Origin: Eledone cirrhosa
Taxonomy: Eukaryota
Direction of reading: 5' to 3'
Assembly: GCA_964016885.1 (NCBI GenBank)
Contig: OZ024749.1
Span: 31,744,001 to 31,808,000, forward strand
Length of the DNA stretch: 64,000 nt
The notes under the pieces are model-generated. The model was not told where the DNA came from. It ran no database searches and was given only the letters and a program-made list of their open reading frames with translations. Within the stretch, counting starts at the first letter, position 1. The number at the start of each line of letters is the position of its first letter. Positions 1 to 13,802 of this stretch are shown piece by piece. The translations under genes were made by a program, and so were the position numbers.

Positions 1-194
1 TTCAGTGTTAATATTGGTAGCATTGTTGTTATTGTTGTTGTTAGTGGTCGGCAATGGTGTCGGTGGTGGTGAGTGTGGTGGTGTTTGATGGTGGAGGGCT
101 GTTGGCGTTGTTGGTGTTGTTGTTGTTGTTAGTGGTCGGCAATGGTGTCGGTAGTGGTGAGCGAGGTAGTGTTTGTGGATGATGGGCTGTTAGT

Positions 195-421
195 TAACCT
201 CAGCGGGATTTGAACTCAGAACATAAAGATAAAGGGCCATAACTCTATGCTGTAAAAATAATTGTTTCTACTTTTGGCACAAGGCCACAAATTATCCAGT
301 CTATTACTGGTACTTTATTTTATCGACCCCCGTAAGGATGAAAGGCAAAGTTAACCTCGGCGGGATTTGAACTCAGAATGGCAAGGGCCGTAACTCTACG
401 CGTCAAAGCATGGCGTCTGAT
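195..421 (-). mobile_element. tRNA-derived SINE (main family of this window), partial tandem copies
   Basis: Reverse complement of the recurrent core GAGTTCAAATCCCGCCGAGGTT.ACTTTGCCTTTCATCCTTACGGGGTCGATAAAATAAAGTACCAGT, with a B-box-like GAGTTCAAATC. Confidence 0.8.
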
Positions 422-599
422 CCTCGTGTAGGTGTTGACGTTGCTGCTGGTCTTCTAGGTGTTGATGTTGTTGGTGATGATGGTGGAGGTAGTTGTAGTA
501 GTTGTGGTGGTGACGATGTTGGTGGTGGTATGGTGGTGGTGGACGTGATGTTGGTGTTGTTCGTGATGGTAGTGTTGGGGATGGTGCTGGCGGCGATAG

Positions 600-925
600 T
601 CATAGAGTGTTGCTGTTGATGCTGGTGTTGTTGGTGTTGACGTTGTTAGTGGTGGAGGTAGTGGTAGTAGTTGTGGTGGTGGTGGTGGTGGTGGCCGTGG
701 TGGTGGTGGTGGTGGTGGTGGTGGTGGCCGTGGTGGTGGTGGTGGTGGCCGTGGTGGTGGTGGTGGTGGTGGTGGTGGTGGTGGTGGTAGTGGTGATAGT
801 GTTGCTCGAAGTAATGGCGGTATTGGGAGTGATTTTGTTGGAGAGATGCAGGTATAATGTGTTGATTTCTGCAGCATTGTCAGGTGGTGTGTTGTTGTAG
901 CCGTTGTTGTTGTTGTTGTTGTAGC

Positions 926-988
<63 letters not shown>

Positions 989-1719
989 CATAATTGTTGG
1001 CCTCTTGTAGGTTTGATAATGGTGGTCAGAATCATGTTGGTTAGAATCAGCTGCTAAGGATGAAGACGACGACGACAATGATGATGATGATGATGAGGAG
1101 GAGGAGGAGGAGGAGGAGGAGGAGGAGGAGGAGGAGGAGGAGGGAGATGGGGACTGATGTTGTTGATTAGGGTGGTAGTAGTTGTGCTGTTATGATGTTG
1201 GTGGTGGTGCTAATAGAAATGTTATGTAGAAGCTGGTGGTGATGGTGATGGTGATGGTGATGATGATGGTGATGGTGATGATGATGGTGATGGTGATGGT
1301 GATGGTGATGGTGATCGTGATGGTGATGGTGATGATAATGGTGATGGTGATGGTGATGGTGATGGTGATGGTGATGGTGATGGTGATGGTGGTGATGGTG
1401 ATGGTGATGGTGATGGTGATGGTGATGGTGATGATGATGGTGATGGTGATGGTGATGGTGACGGTGATAGTGATGGTGATGGTGATGGTGATGGTGATGG
1501 TGGTGATGGTGATGGTGATGGTGATGGTGATGATGATGGTGATGATGATGGTGATGGTGATGGTGATGGTGATGGTGATGGTGATGGTGATGGTGATGGT
1601 GATGGTGATGGTGATGGTGATGATGACAGTTGAATAGATGTAGATAATAACCGACATATAAGAACACACGCATACATAACATAAGTGATACTGACATATA
1701 CACACACACACACGCACAC

Positions 1720-1787
<68 letters not shown>

Positions 1788-1874
1788 GTGTGTGTGTGTA
1801 TCTGTGTGCGCGCGTGTGTATATATGTATGTATATATATATATATGCATGTATATATGTATATATATATATATA

Positions 1875-1917
<43 letters not shown>

Positions 1918-1945
1918 ATATATATATATATATATATATACATAC

Positions 1946-2002
<57 letters not shown>

Positions 2003-2134
2003 CATACACACGCATAAAGACACTGACACGAACATATTTATAATACACATACATGCACACACACACACACACGCATTCAAACATATACATTCACACATAT
2101 AAACAAATGCATACACACATAAAGCTCATCTACA

Positions 2135-2187
<53 letters not shown>

Positions 2188-2385
2188 ACACACACACATC
2201 ACACACACCACACAACACCACACACACACACATATATACGTTCTACTTCAAGTAGACTATCTTTGTTCTTCAACTTTGTTGTCGAAATGCAATAAGCTTG
2301 TGTCTATATCATACAAGTAGTCATATATAGCGAGGTGCGGATTTTTTATACACATATACATACAATCATATATACACCCGTTTTC

Positions 2386-2416
<31 letters not shown>

Positions 2417-2417
2417 A

Positions 2418-2511
<94 letters not shown>

Positions 2512-2605
2512 AAGCATGTATTGAGTTAGAAACTCAATATATATATATATATATATCTGCATATACAAACAATCATATATAAACACATATATATATATAT
2601 ATATA

Positions 2606-2669
<64 letters not shown>

Positions 2670-2786
2670 TATATGTACACATACATCTATATGTATACAC
2701 ATATATACACATATGTACATATATATATACATATATATACACATATGTACATATACATATATATACATATATATACGCATATATAC

Positions 2787-2817
<31 letters not shown>

Positions 2818-2829
2818 CATATAATATAC

Positions 2830-2898
<69 letters not shown>

Positions 2899-2980
2899 TA
2901 TATACATATATATATATATATACATATATACATATACATATACATATATATACATATACGCATATATACATACACACACA

Positions 2981-3064
<84 letters not shown>

Positions 3065-3067
3065 CAG

Positions 3068-3116
<49 letters not shown>

Positions 3117-3153
3117 TATATATACATATATACATACATATATATATATATAT

Positions 3154-3208
<55 letters not shown>

Positions 3209-3210
3209 GC
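600..3210. repeat. Compound microsatellite block: (GGT)n, (GTT)n, (GAG)n, (GGTGAT)n, (TA)n, (CA)n
   Basis: Directly visible. Confidence 0.95.
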
Positions 3211-3383
3211 ATATTTCAGTAATAATTGCAGTAACGTTGTCGAGTGACCAACGCTGTCTCTGCATCATTTCAATCTTCAGGCGCAATTTAAACACACTGC
3301 ACGTATGTATATTGGAGTGGTGTATATTATTTTCCGTGGTTAAGCCTGTGTATGTGTGAATTGATAGCGTGTATGTGTGTATA

Positions 3384-3419
<36 letters not shown>

Positions 3420-3425
<6 letters not shown>

Positions 3426-3639
3426 GTGTGTATAGTCATTCAGTGTATGTGTATGTGTGTGGTCCAGGCTTGTGTAAGTGTGTGTGTGTGTGTGTGTGTG
3501 TTGTGTTGTGTGTATAGTCATTCAGTGTATGTGTATGTGTGTGGTCCAGGCTTGTGTAAGTGTGTGTGTGTGTGTGTGTGTGTTGTGTTGTGTGTATAGT
3601 CATTCAGTGTATGTGTATGTGTGTGGTCCAGGCTTGTGT

Positions 3640-3672
<33 letters not shown>

Positions 3673-3922
3673 GTGTTGTGTGTATAGTCATTCAGTGTAT
3701 GTGTATGTGTATGGTCCAGGCTTGTGTAAGTGTGTGTGTGTGTGTGTGTGTTGTGTGTATAGTCATTCAGTGTATGTGTATGTGTGTGGTCCAGCCTTGG
3801 GTAAGTGTGTGTGGGGGTGGGGGGTGGGGTGCTGGGTTCAAGTCATCTCTGTGGGTTCTGTGTACTGTCAACGAATGCGTGTGTATTGGGTGTATTGTTA
3901 GTAAGTATATCTGTGTGTCTGA

Positions 3923-3955
<33 letters not shown>

Positions 3956-4630
3956 TATGTGTATGGGGTCCAGGCTTGTGTAAGTATGTCTGTGTGGGAT
4001 TCCAGGCTTGTGTAAGTATGTGTGTGTCTGTGTGGGATTCCAAGCTTGTGTAAGCATGTGTGTGTCTGTGTGTGTGTGTGTATGTGTATGTGTCTGTGTG
4101 GGGGTCCAGGTTTGTGTAAGCATGGGTGTGTTTGTGTGTGTGTATGTGTGTGTCTGTGTGGGGGTGCAGGCTTGTGTAAGTATGTGTGTGTATGTGTGTG
4201 TGTGTATGTGTGTGTGTGGGGTCCAGGTTTGTGTAAGTATGTGTGTGTGTGCGTGTGTGTGTGTGTGTGTCTGTGTGGCGATCCAGGCTTGTGTAAGTAT
4301 TGTGTGTCTGTGTGTGTGTGTGTATGTGTATGTGTGGGGGGGTCCAGGCTTGTGTAAGTATGTGTGTGTATGTGTGGGGGGTCCAGGCTTGTGTAAGTAT
4401 GTGTGTGTATGTGTGGGGTTCTAGGCTTGTGTAAGAATGTGTGTGTCTCTGTGTGTGTGTGTATGTGTATGTGTGGGGTTCCAGGCTTATGTAAGTATGT
4501 GTGTGTATGTGTGGGGTTCCAGGCTAGTGTAAGTATGTGTGTGTCTGTGTGGGGGACCAGGCTTGTGTAAGTATGTGTGTGTCTGTGTGGGGGTCCAGGC
4601 TTGTGTAAGTATGTGTGTGTATGTGTGTCA
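3420..4630. repeat. GT-rich minisatellite with recurring core GGTCCAGGCTTGTGTAAGT (about 80-bp units, then shorter variable units)
   Basis: Core repeated many times, separated by variable (GT)n. Confidence 0.85.
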
Positions 4631-5169
4631 ATCTGTGAGTATGTGTGTGGTTAGAGTCATGTGTGTGTTTGAGTGTTTTGCCAATGTGTGTGTGTGTGTG
4701 TGTATGTCAGTCTGTGAATGTGTGTGTAGTTAGAGTCATGTGTGTGTTTGAGTGTTTTGCCAATGTGTGTGTATAAAGCATGCGTATATATGTATGCAAG
4801 TGTGCCTGTTTATATGAGTATGCATTCATGTATATGTGAGTGGGTATAGTTCCGTCTATATATGGCATTATGGTGTTTGTGAAGATGTGTGGGAATTTAT
4901 GTAAATGTGCGTTGGTGTGTGTGTTGTATGATTGAGTTTATGTTTGTATGCTTGTCCTATGTGCGCGTATGTATCTATTGTGGTTTATGCGGTATCAATG
5001 AATGTGCGTGTATAGGTACGAGTTTGTGAGTATTTTCTGGTGTATATATGTTTAGATTCGTATTAATGTATTTATGTTGGTGAAAATTGCCATGTGATGC
5101 TGAGGTTAGTGCATGTGTGTTGGTGTTCAAGTGGATAGGGAGTGTGTTTAGAATGTGTGGAAATGAGGT

Positions 5170-5560
5170 AAGGAGAGGAAAATAGGGAAAAATAGGCCAG
5201 TGCATCAAGGCGAGTGGGCGTAAATATTTGGAGAGCGAAGATTAGATACTGTTCTCTTTGGAAACCCAATTTTCCGGGGTCCAGTGCCGAAAATATTGGC
5301 GTGGCATGTGTAAAGGCAGGTTGTGCCGGAATATTGCGTGACCAAAGACTAGTTGCTGTACCCGATGGTGGGTGGGTAGGGAGGTTTTTGTGCGATGCAG
5401 GAAACGTTGAACGTCTTTACGGGCAAAAATCCGTCACTAGAAGTCGTAAGTAGTATGAAAGGCAGACTTCTAGAGAGAAGGGAACGTCCAGACATAAATA
5501 GTGGAAAGTCAGGGAAGGTCGGAGTGTAAAGCAACAATAAGTTGTGGATTTGTGAGGGAT
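5170..5560 (-). pseudogene. Possible decayed Penelope-like GIY-YIG endonuclease C-terminus
   Basis: Minus-strand REQYLIFALQIFTPTRLD resembles the PLE terminal motif RE..WI..L.T..P.GLN; upstream KTFNVSCI...PTIGYSN is a weak GIY-YIG-like match; contains stops and frameshifts. Confidence 0.35.
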
Positions 5561-5953
5561 TCGGAGCAAAAGCGAAAGAGTAGGTGCTTCATTAACGACA
5601 GATGCGGATCGGGGCAAGACTCGACAGCCAGGCGATAGAAGCATTCGTTACATCCACCCGACCTTTCAGACATTTCTTCGTCCCGGCCCATTTCTGGATA
5701 AATCACTATTATAATAAAGGCCGTTATGTATTAATTCATTTTAAGTCCAAGCTTACTCTTTGTTGTTGTTTTTTTCATTCATTACATCAAAAATCCCGAC
5801 ATTTTGTTCCAATATAACAAATCAATGTTTTATCGTTTTGACATCTTCCAGCTCTTTCATAATCAAGTAGACACGCACACACGGTCACACGAACAAGTAT
5901 ACACATGCATCCACATACATGCACTGACACATACGTACACACATGTACAGACA

Positions 5954-6022
<69 letters not shown>

Positions 6023-6123
6023 ACACACACACATATAATGTTATATAAAGCGTGCGTATATATGTACAAATATATATACACACACACACACACACATATA
6101 CATATATACACACACGTATATAT

Positions 6124-6156
<33 letters not shown>

Positions 6157-6359
6157 AAATATTTTCCTGGGTACTGTATTTTCGTTGCTCTAGTGATGCG
6201 GCTGGACTGCCGACAGCTATATCTGATTTGCTAAGCTGTCTGAATGTAATGTTATTACTCTCGGGTCTTTCCTCATCTGAGTGCTCAAGTTACAGACCGA
6301 TTATGCATATACGCTAGCTTGGCCGTATTCTAAAGCTTCGTCATTGCTGTACTAAAATT

Positions 6360-6428
<69 letters not shown>

Positions 6429-6536
6429 GCCTGGCCGACTGAACTCACTCGATATGCAAATTAGGCTGCTCAGCCGTTAATTTTCATAAGGAAAGTATAT
6501 ACTTTCGGACGTTCAACCATCTGGCAGAAAGGTATA

Positions 6537-6577
6537 CGGTGCTGACGATAGCTAATAAGCTTGAAACTAGTACATCG
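6537..6577 (+). ncRNA. Minimal type I hammerhead ribozyme
   Basis: CGGTG-CTGACGA-tAGCTaataAGCTt-GAAA-CTAG-TA-CATCG: stem I with one G-U pair, canonical core, palindromic stem III, GUA cleavage site. Confidence 0.8.
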
Positions 6578-6842
6578 TTCCTGTGTCAGTGTTGAACAAA
6601 AAGGTGACGTGGTTGCCTAAACACTGTACGGCGTAATTCAGGCTGTTTGTTTGTTTACAAACGAACAAACCGAGCATTACAAATAAATGTTCGGTAAACT
6701 GATACGTGCATATATATATGTGTGCCTGTATGTATATATATACATGCTACTGTACGTCTGTACACATATATGTATGTACGTATACATACATACTTACATT
6801 TAAGTAAGTGCCGTACTAAGAGTGAGAAATGAAATTTCGTTT

Positions 6843-6979
<137 letters not shown>

Positions 6980-7244
6980 TATATACAATTATATATATAT
7001 ATATATATATTAAGAAACACACAGATACATGCGGACACACACATATATACATGAATGCATCCGCACCCAACTGTGAGTTAAGGGTGCCAACTTCACCGAT
7101 GCTGCTCAATGAATGACTGGGACAGACCAATTCAGTTTGAACCAGACTGAACCAGTATCAGAGTTAAAAATACATTATGAAGAGAGAAGAAACATTTAGA
7201 TATAATTAGTAATACAATGTATCATACCTAAACTGTTCCTAAAT

Positions 7245-7332
7245 TCCTCGACTACGTAGTTTCGTGGCATAAACAAAAACAATATATCAAAGATATAGAG
7301 TCCTTGCGAGGTCTGCCGACTTATCAAGAGGA
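7245..7332 (-). ncRNA. Type I hammerhead, U3-A8 variant (inverted-arm copy)
   Basis: Reverse complement of 7607-7694. Confidence 0.7.
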
Positions 7333-7606
7333 TACCTCATTTTACTAGTCTCAAGAACGCGTCTACACGACGTGAGAAAGAATCCCAAAAGGCGAAGGGG
7401 GAGATAGTCACGCGATATAACGGTCGAGAAACAGAGCTAAGCCTCTTATAACCACGAAGAAAATACCACGTGGTATTTTCTTCGTGGTTATAAGAGGCTT
7501 AGCTCTGTTTCTCGACCGTTATATCGCGTGACTATCTCCCCCTCCGCCTTTTGGGATTCTTTCTCACGTCGTGTAGACGCGTTCTTGAGACTAGTAAAAT
7601 GAGGTA

Positions 7607-7694
7607 TCCTCTTGATAAGTCGGCAGACCTCGCAAGGACTCTATATCTTTGATATATTGTTTTTGTTTATGCCACGAAACTACGTAGTCGAGGA
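7607..7694 (+). ncRNA. Type I hammerhead, U3-A8 variant core, extended stem II
   Basis: TCCTC-TTGATAA-GTcGGCA..44 nt..TGCCAC-GAAA-CTACGTAG-TC-GAGGA. Confidence 0.75.
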
Positions 7695-8197
7695 ATTTAG
7701 GAACAGTTTAGGTATGATACATTGTATTACTAATTATATCTAAATGTTTCTTCTCTCTTCATAATGTATTTTTAACTCTGATACTGGTTCAGTCTGGTTC
7801 AAACTGAATTGGTCTGTCCCAGTCATTCATTGAGCAACATCGGTGAAGTTGGCACCCTTAACTCACAGTTGGGTGCGGATGCATTCATGTATATATGTGT
7901 GTGTCCGCATGTATCTGTGTGTTTCTTAATATATTAATAACTCCCTCTGGTCGAGCAATCTTTGAAGTGTGGGGACAACTGGAAAGCTTCCATTACTCAT
8001 ACTTCTCGCCTTCTTCACTACCTCTTCTACGGCCTCGATATGAATACCCCCTCCGCCTCCGTGGTATTTTCTTCGTGGTTATAAGAGGCTTAGCTCTGTT
8101 TCTCGACCGTTATATCGCGTGACTATCTCCCCCTCCGCCTTTTGGGATTCTTTCTCACGTCGTGTAGACGCGTTCTTGAGACTAGTAAAATGAGGTA

Positions 8198-8285
8198 TCC
8201 TCTTGATAAGTCGGCAGACCTCGCAAGGACTCTATATCTTTGATATATTGTTTTTGTTTATGCCACGAAACTACGTAGTCGAGGA
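8198..8285 (+). ncRNA. Type I hammerhead, U3-A8 variant (second tandem copy)
   Basis: Same sequence as 7607-7694. Confidence 0.75.
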
Positions 8286-8787
8286 ATTTAGGAACAGTTT
8301 AGGTATGATACATTGTATTACTAATTATATCTAAATGTTTCTTCTCTCTTCATAATGTATTTTTAACTCTGATACTGGTTCAGTCTGGTTCAAACTGAAT
8401 TGGTCTGTCCCAGTCATTCATTGAGCAACATCGGTGAAGTTGGCACCCTTAACTCACAGTTGGGTGCGGATGCATTCATGTATATATGTGTGTGTCCGCA
8501 TGTATCTGTGTGTTTCTTAATATATTAATAACTCCCTCTGGTCGAGCAATCTTTGAAGTGTGGGGACAACTGGAAAGCTTCCATTACTCATACTTCTCGC
8601 CTTCTTCACTACCTCTTCTACGGCCTCGATATGAATACCCTCTCCGCCTCCGTGGTATTTTCTTCTGGTTATAAGAGGCTTAGCTCTGTTTCTCGACCGT
8701 TATATCGCGTGACTATCTCCCTCTCCGCCTTTTGGGATTCTTTCTCACGTCGTGTAGACGCGTTCTTGAGACTAGTAAAATGAGGTA

Positions 8788-8875
8788 TCCTCTTGATAAG
8801 TCGGCAGACCTCGCAAGGACTCTATATCTTTGATATATTGTTTTTGTTTATGCCACGAAACTACGTAGTCGAGGA
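8788..8875 (+). ncRNA. Type I hammerhead, U3-A8 variant (third tandem copy)
   Basis: Same sequence as 7607-7694. Confidence 0.75.
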
Positions 8876-8944
8876 ATTTAGGAACAGTTTAGGTATGATA
8901 CATTGTATTACTAATTATATCTAAATGTTTCTTCTCTCTTCATA

Positions 8945-9018
<74 letters not shown>

Positions 9019-9059
9019 TTATTTGTACATAAATTCACAAATAATCATAAACATAAGCT

Positions 9060-9112
9060 CCTTTCCTTCCTCTCTCTCAACATTGCTGCCTCTTTCATTT
9101 CTATCCTCACTT

Positions 9113-9186
<74 letters not shown>

Positions 9187-10170
9187 CATACTTAAACTAC
9201 TTCCACGTGTACTTGTATATCGATACAGACGCATTACCACAAAACACACATATTTGCACACATAGACACAAACACACACACAAAACAAACTCTTATTTTC
9301 TTCCATTCTATCTCTCACTTTCTCCTTCTCTCTCTCCTCCTTCTTCTCTCTCTCTCTCTACATTTCTCCTCTCTCACCCTCTTTCCCCTTTTTACTTCTC
9401 TCTCTCCCTCTTTCGCCTTCTTTCTCCTTTTCTACTTCTCTCTCTATCTTTCTTCTCTTTCTCTCTAAATTTCTCCTTCACTCACCCACTTTCCCCTTTT
9501 TACTTCCCTCTCTCTTTCTCCTCTCTCTCCCTCTTCCTCCTTCTTATCCCTTTTTCTACTTCTCTCTCCCTCTTCTCCTTCTCTCCCCTCCTTTCTCCTT
9601 CTCTCCCCTCCTTTCTCCTTCTCTCTCTTCCTTTCTCCTCCTCTCTTTCCTTCTCCTCTCACTTCTTTCTCCTCTCGCCCTTTTTCCTTCTCTCTCCTGT
9701 TCTTCTTCTTCTCTCCTTCTTCCACCATTCTATCTCTCCCATCCTCACCCTCTATCTCACCCTTTCTTCTCCTCACTCTTTATCTATCACTCCCTCATAC
9801 AACCAACCTATTCCTCTCACTACCCCCTCTCTAGTCTTTCTATGTAATCTGTCATTTTTCCTTCCAACCGACTTTATCACTTCATCTACTCGTTGTGTCA
9901 CCCTACAACTGTTGCTGTTGTTGTTGTCATTATTACTGATGTTGGTGTTGATGGGGGTAGGGGTGTTGGTGGGGGGGAGTCGTTATAACGGAGTCTGTTG
10001 TTACTGTTGTTGTTGTTTGTTGTAGTATTGGTGATGATGGCGGTGGTGATGGTGAAGATGATGATGATGATGATGGTGTTGTTGTTGTTATTATTTTTTA
10101 TTGTTAGTGGTGGTGATGGCGGTGGCGAGGATCATGATAGTTTTGGTGGTGGTGTTAAGCTTGGTCATAG

Positions 10171-10202
<32 letters not shown>

Positions 10203-10919
10203 GTGGTGTTCTTGTTGTTTGTGGTGGTGATGATAGTGATAGTAGTGGTGGTGGTATTGGTGTTGGTTGTAGTTACAATGCTAGCTGTTGTTGAAGGTGA
10301 TAGCATTGGTTGTTGTTGTAGTAGAAGTGACGTGGTGGTGGTGGTGGTGGTGGTAGTGGTGGTGTTAGAAGTGGTGGTGGTGGTGGTGGTGGTGGTGGTG
10401 GTGGTGGTTGAGCTAGAAGTGGTGGTGGCGGTGGTGGTGGTAGAAGTGGTGGTGGTGGTGGTGGTTAAGCTAGAAGTGGTGGTGGTGGTTGAGCTAGAAG
10501 TGGTGGTGGTGGTAGTAGTGGTGGTGGTGGTTGTAACTGTGGTTCCGTTATCTAAACCCCCCCACACACACACACACACACTACCTCCACTGCCCCACCC
10601 CCAACGTGTTGATGGTTTATCGGTTGGGTGTCGAGGGCCAAAGATAGTTTTGTTCGGCCTCAATTGAACTGTTGTTTTAATCGATTGTCATCTCGTTACT
10701 GTCACATCAGCTTTTGATCGAACTCTTCCCAGGCACTGGATGACTGCTTGACAGAAACAACAAGAATAACAACAACAACAACAACTGGCTGACGAAAGCA
10801 AATACTGACAAGCAAACAGCTATGACAGCAATGACAATAACAACAACAACAACAACTACAGCAATAACAACCACAGCTATAACAACAACAACAACAACAA
10901 CAGCGATGATGAGAATAGC

Positions 10920-11006
<87 letters not shown>

Positions 11007-11062
11007 AAGAAGAAGAAGAAGAAGAAGAAGAAGAAGAAGAAGAAGAAGAAGAAGAAGAAGAA
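9060..11062. repeat. CT-rich polypyrimidine tract followed by (GGT)n, (AAC)n, (AAT)n and (AAG)n arrays
   Basis: Directly visible. Confidence 0.9.
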
Positions 11063-11277
11063 ATACCCTGTATTATTGGATTAGGTCCAATTAACATCAG
11101 AGTTTAAATTCGTCCTTCAGTGATGATCAAATAGTATAGTCCATATGAGGACTTTTCCCATAAAGTATTTGTCCAACCAACGCCAATTACTGTTGCCCAT
11201 ATAAGGATTGTATCCATGAAAGACCTCGTCAAGAATGGCCAATATACATTGACTAAAACATAAATATCTCACCTGTA

Positions 11278-11715
11278 ATGGTTTCTAATTTAGGCACATG
11301 GCCAACAGTTTGCGTGGAGGTGAAATTTGAGGAAATCGACCCAAGTGCGTTACTGGTACTTTATATTATGGACCCCGAAAGGAGGATGAAAGGCAAAGCT
11401 AACTTCGGCCTGATTTGAAATCAGAAGTTAAAGGACCGTAACTATATACCACGAAGCTGAGTGTCCGACACTAATCTGATTTTTGCCGTATAATGATTTC
11501 TTCTATAATGATTTCTTCTATAGGCACAAAGTCAGCAATTTGGAGAGAGGGGAAAATCGATTAAATCGACCCAGTGCGTTACTGGTACTTTATTTTATCG
11601 ATCCATTAAGGATAAGAGTCAAAGCTAGCCACGGCGGTATTTGAACTCAGAAAGTAAAGGGCCGTGACTCTATGCCACGAAGCAGGGTGTCCGACACTCT
11701 ACCGATACTACCAAC
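11278..11715 (-). mobile_element. Two diverged copies of the main SINE
   Basis: ACTGGTACTTTAT...AAGGATGAAAGGCAAAG...GATTTGAACTCAGAA motifs, twice. Confidence 0.7.
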
Positions 11716-12432
11716 CTACTTCCTCAGTCTCACGTATAATAAATGACATTGCGTATTTATGTATTTCGTAACACAAAATAGTTCAAACTTTAAGGAATTC
11801 ATTTCGGAATTGGAACTTCCCGACTTCGATTCCACTGCGTGATATTTTGGACAAATGTCATTTAAGATAGCATTGGGTTGATCCATTATTTGTGAGTGAG
11901 ATTTGGCAGAGAGAAACTTTCTCCTACCCACAAAAATACCCGACCTTGTACCTATAATAGAATGTAGTAATATGAACGAAGAAGAGTGATGGCTTGGAAG
12001 AGACCGTATTTCCCGGCGTCAAAGACGCTACTTTTTCCTAAAATAAGTCACAAAGACCTACCATGCGTCCTGGAGGTCGAAGGTTGTTTATTCCTTTTTT
12101 TTCAAACTTTTGATTGTCAAAATTAGGGTGCGTCTTCGGGGACGAAGCGAGTTCGTCGCCGGGAAATACGATAGTTAAATCTTTGGACAAATTTCGTACC
12201 ATGGACAAGAAAATATAAAGGAAAATGTCGAGCCACCTCATGCTGGCCGTTAATTTGCAGTTTATGTGTTGATCGTTGCATCAAGTGCAGTATTACATCG
12301 AGTGCAGTATTGCACCAAGTGCAGTGTTGCACAAAGTGCAGGATTTATTATCTATGCATTTGTGTGGATTGGAGTTAAATGTCCAAACTCAGATTAATAT
12401 TCTTTATTATTTATCATTATTTGGAAAACAGA

Positions 12433-12617
12433 GTGGATTGGCAGTATCAATAGAGGGTCGGACGCCCTGCTTTCCAGCATAGTTACGTCCCTTTACGATC
12501 TGAGTTCAAATCCCGCCGAGGTTGACTTTGCCTTTCATCCTTACGGGGTCGATAAAATAAAGTGCCAGTAATGCACTGGGTAATTGCTGGCCTTGTGCCA
12601 AAAGTAGAAACAATTAT
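12433..12617 (+). mobile_element. Main SINE, near full length
   Basis: GTGGATTGGCAGTATC...GAGTTCAAATCCCGCC...GTAGAAACAATTATT. Confidence 0.85.
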
Positions 12618-12856
12618 TTGGAAAACAGAGGACACTTTTGCACATTTTTAGTTTGGTGGCAACGAGGTGTTTGTATGTATGTATGTATGTATGTATGTAT
12701 GTATGTATACACGGTTAGTTGCTATCGTATGTGTCTGTGTATAGATATGTTTACGTGTGTGCGTGTGTGTGTATATATATATATATATGTATATGTATAT
12801 TATTATTGTTGTTACAAATCATTATTGTTGTTGTTGTCTTTATTACTATTATTATT

Positions 12857-13045
12857 GTGGATTGGCAGTATCAGTAGAGGGTCGGACGCCATGCTTTCCA
12901 GCATAGTTACGTCCCTTTACGATCTGAGTTCAAATCCCGCCGAGGTTGACTTTGCCTTTCATCCTTACGGGGTCGATAAAATAAAGTACCAGTAATGCAC
13001 TGGGTAATTGCTGGCCATGTACCTGAAGTAGAAACAATTATTATT
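12857..13045 (+). mobile_element. Main SINE, near full length
   Basis: Nearly identical to 12433-12617. Confidence 0.85.
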
Positions 13046-13100
13046 GTTATTAATGTATATGTGTGTATGTATATATATGTGTGTATGTATGTATGTATGT

Positions 13101-13146
<46 letters not shown>

Positions 13147-13681
13147 CTTTTTTTTATTTTATATTCTTTTTTATTGTTTTTTTTTCTCATTGTGCAATGG
13201 CCATACTCGATAACGAGGGGGCAGCCATCATGTATGTATGTATGTGTGTATGTATGTATGTATGTATGTATGTATGTATGTATGTATGTATGTATGTATG
13301 TGTATACGTATATATGTATGTATGTGTATACGTACATACGTATATATGTATATATGTATATGTATATATATGTATGAATGGGTATATGTATATATGTATA
13401 TATGTATGCATGTATGTATGTAGTATGTATGTTTGTATTTGTGTATATATGTTTGTATGTATCTTTGTATGTATCTATGTATGTTATATATATATATATA
13501 TGTATGTTTTATATAGATATGTATGTTTTATAAATATATATATAATGTATATATGCATGTACGTACATATGTATTTATGTCTGTATATATATGTATATAT
13601 ATATATATGTGTGTGGGTGTGTGTGTGTGTGAAGGTGAGATAAGTATATTTGTATGTATATGCATCTTTCTCTCCCTCTCA

Positions 13682-13766
<85 letters not shown>

Positions 13767-13767
13767 G

Positions 13768-13802
<35 letters not shown>

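Larger units (their letters stand above)
7011..8950. mobile_element. Retrozyme/Penelope-pLTR-like element: about 460-bp inverted arm plus 2.5 tandem 591-bp units in (TA)n
   Basis: 7011-7469 is the reverse complement of 7470-7928; units start near 7470, 8061 and 8652; one hammerhead per unit; no real ORF. Confidence 0.85.

Noticed and set aside
3420-4630. CRISPR-like repeat-spacer appearance
   Set aside because: Spacers are (GT)n variants rather than unique sequence; eukaryotic context; no cas genes
403-4733. Long poly-His, poly-Val, YI and CV ORFs
   Set aside because: Translations of microsatellites that lack stop codons; the same applies at 13-15 kb, 20-23 kb, 44-48 kb and 55-63 kb
7011-7928. 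Assembly fold-back artefact as the explanation for the long palindrome
   Set aside because: The arms differ at a few positions and the same geometry recurs in unrelated families, one interrupted by a SINE; not fully excluded without reads
7895-8122. Repeated 75-aa ORF in the 591-bp unit
   Set aside because: No recognisable motif, non-ATG start, and frameshifted in the next unit
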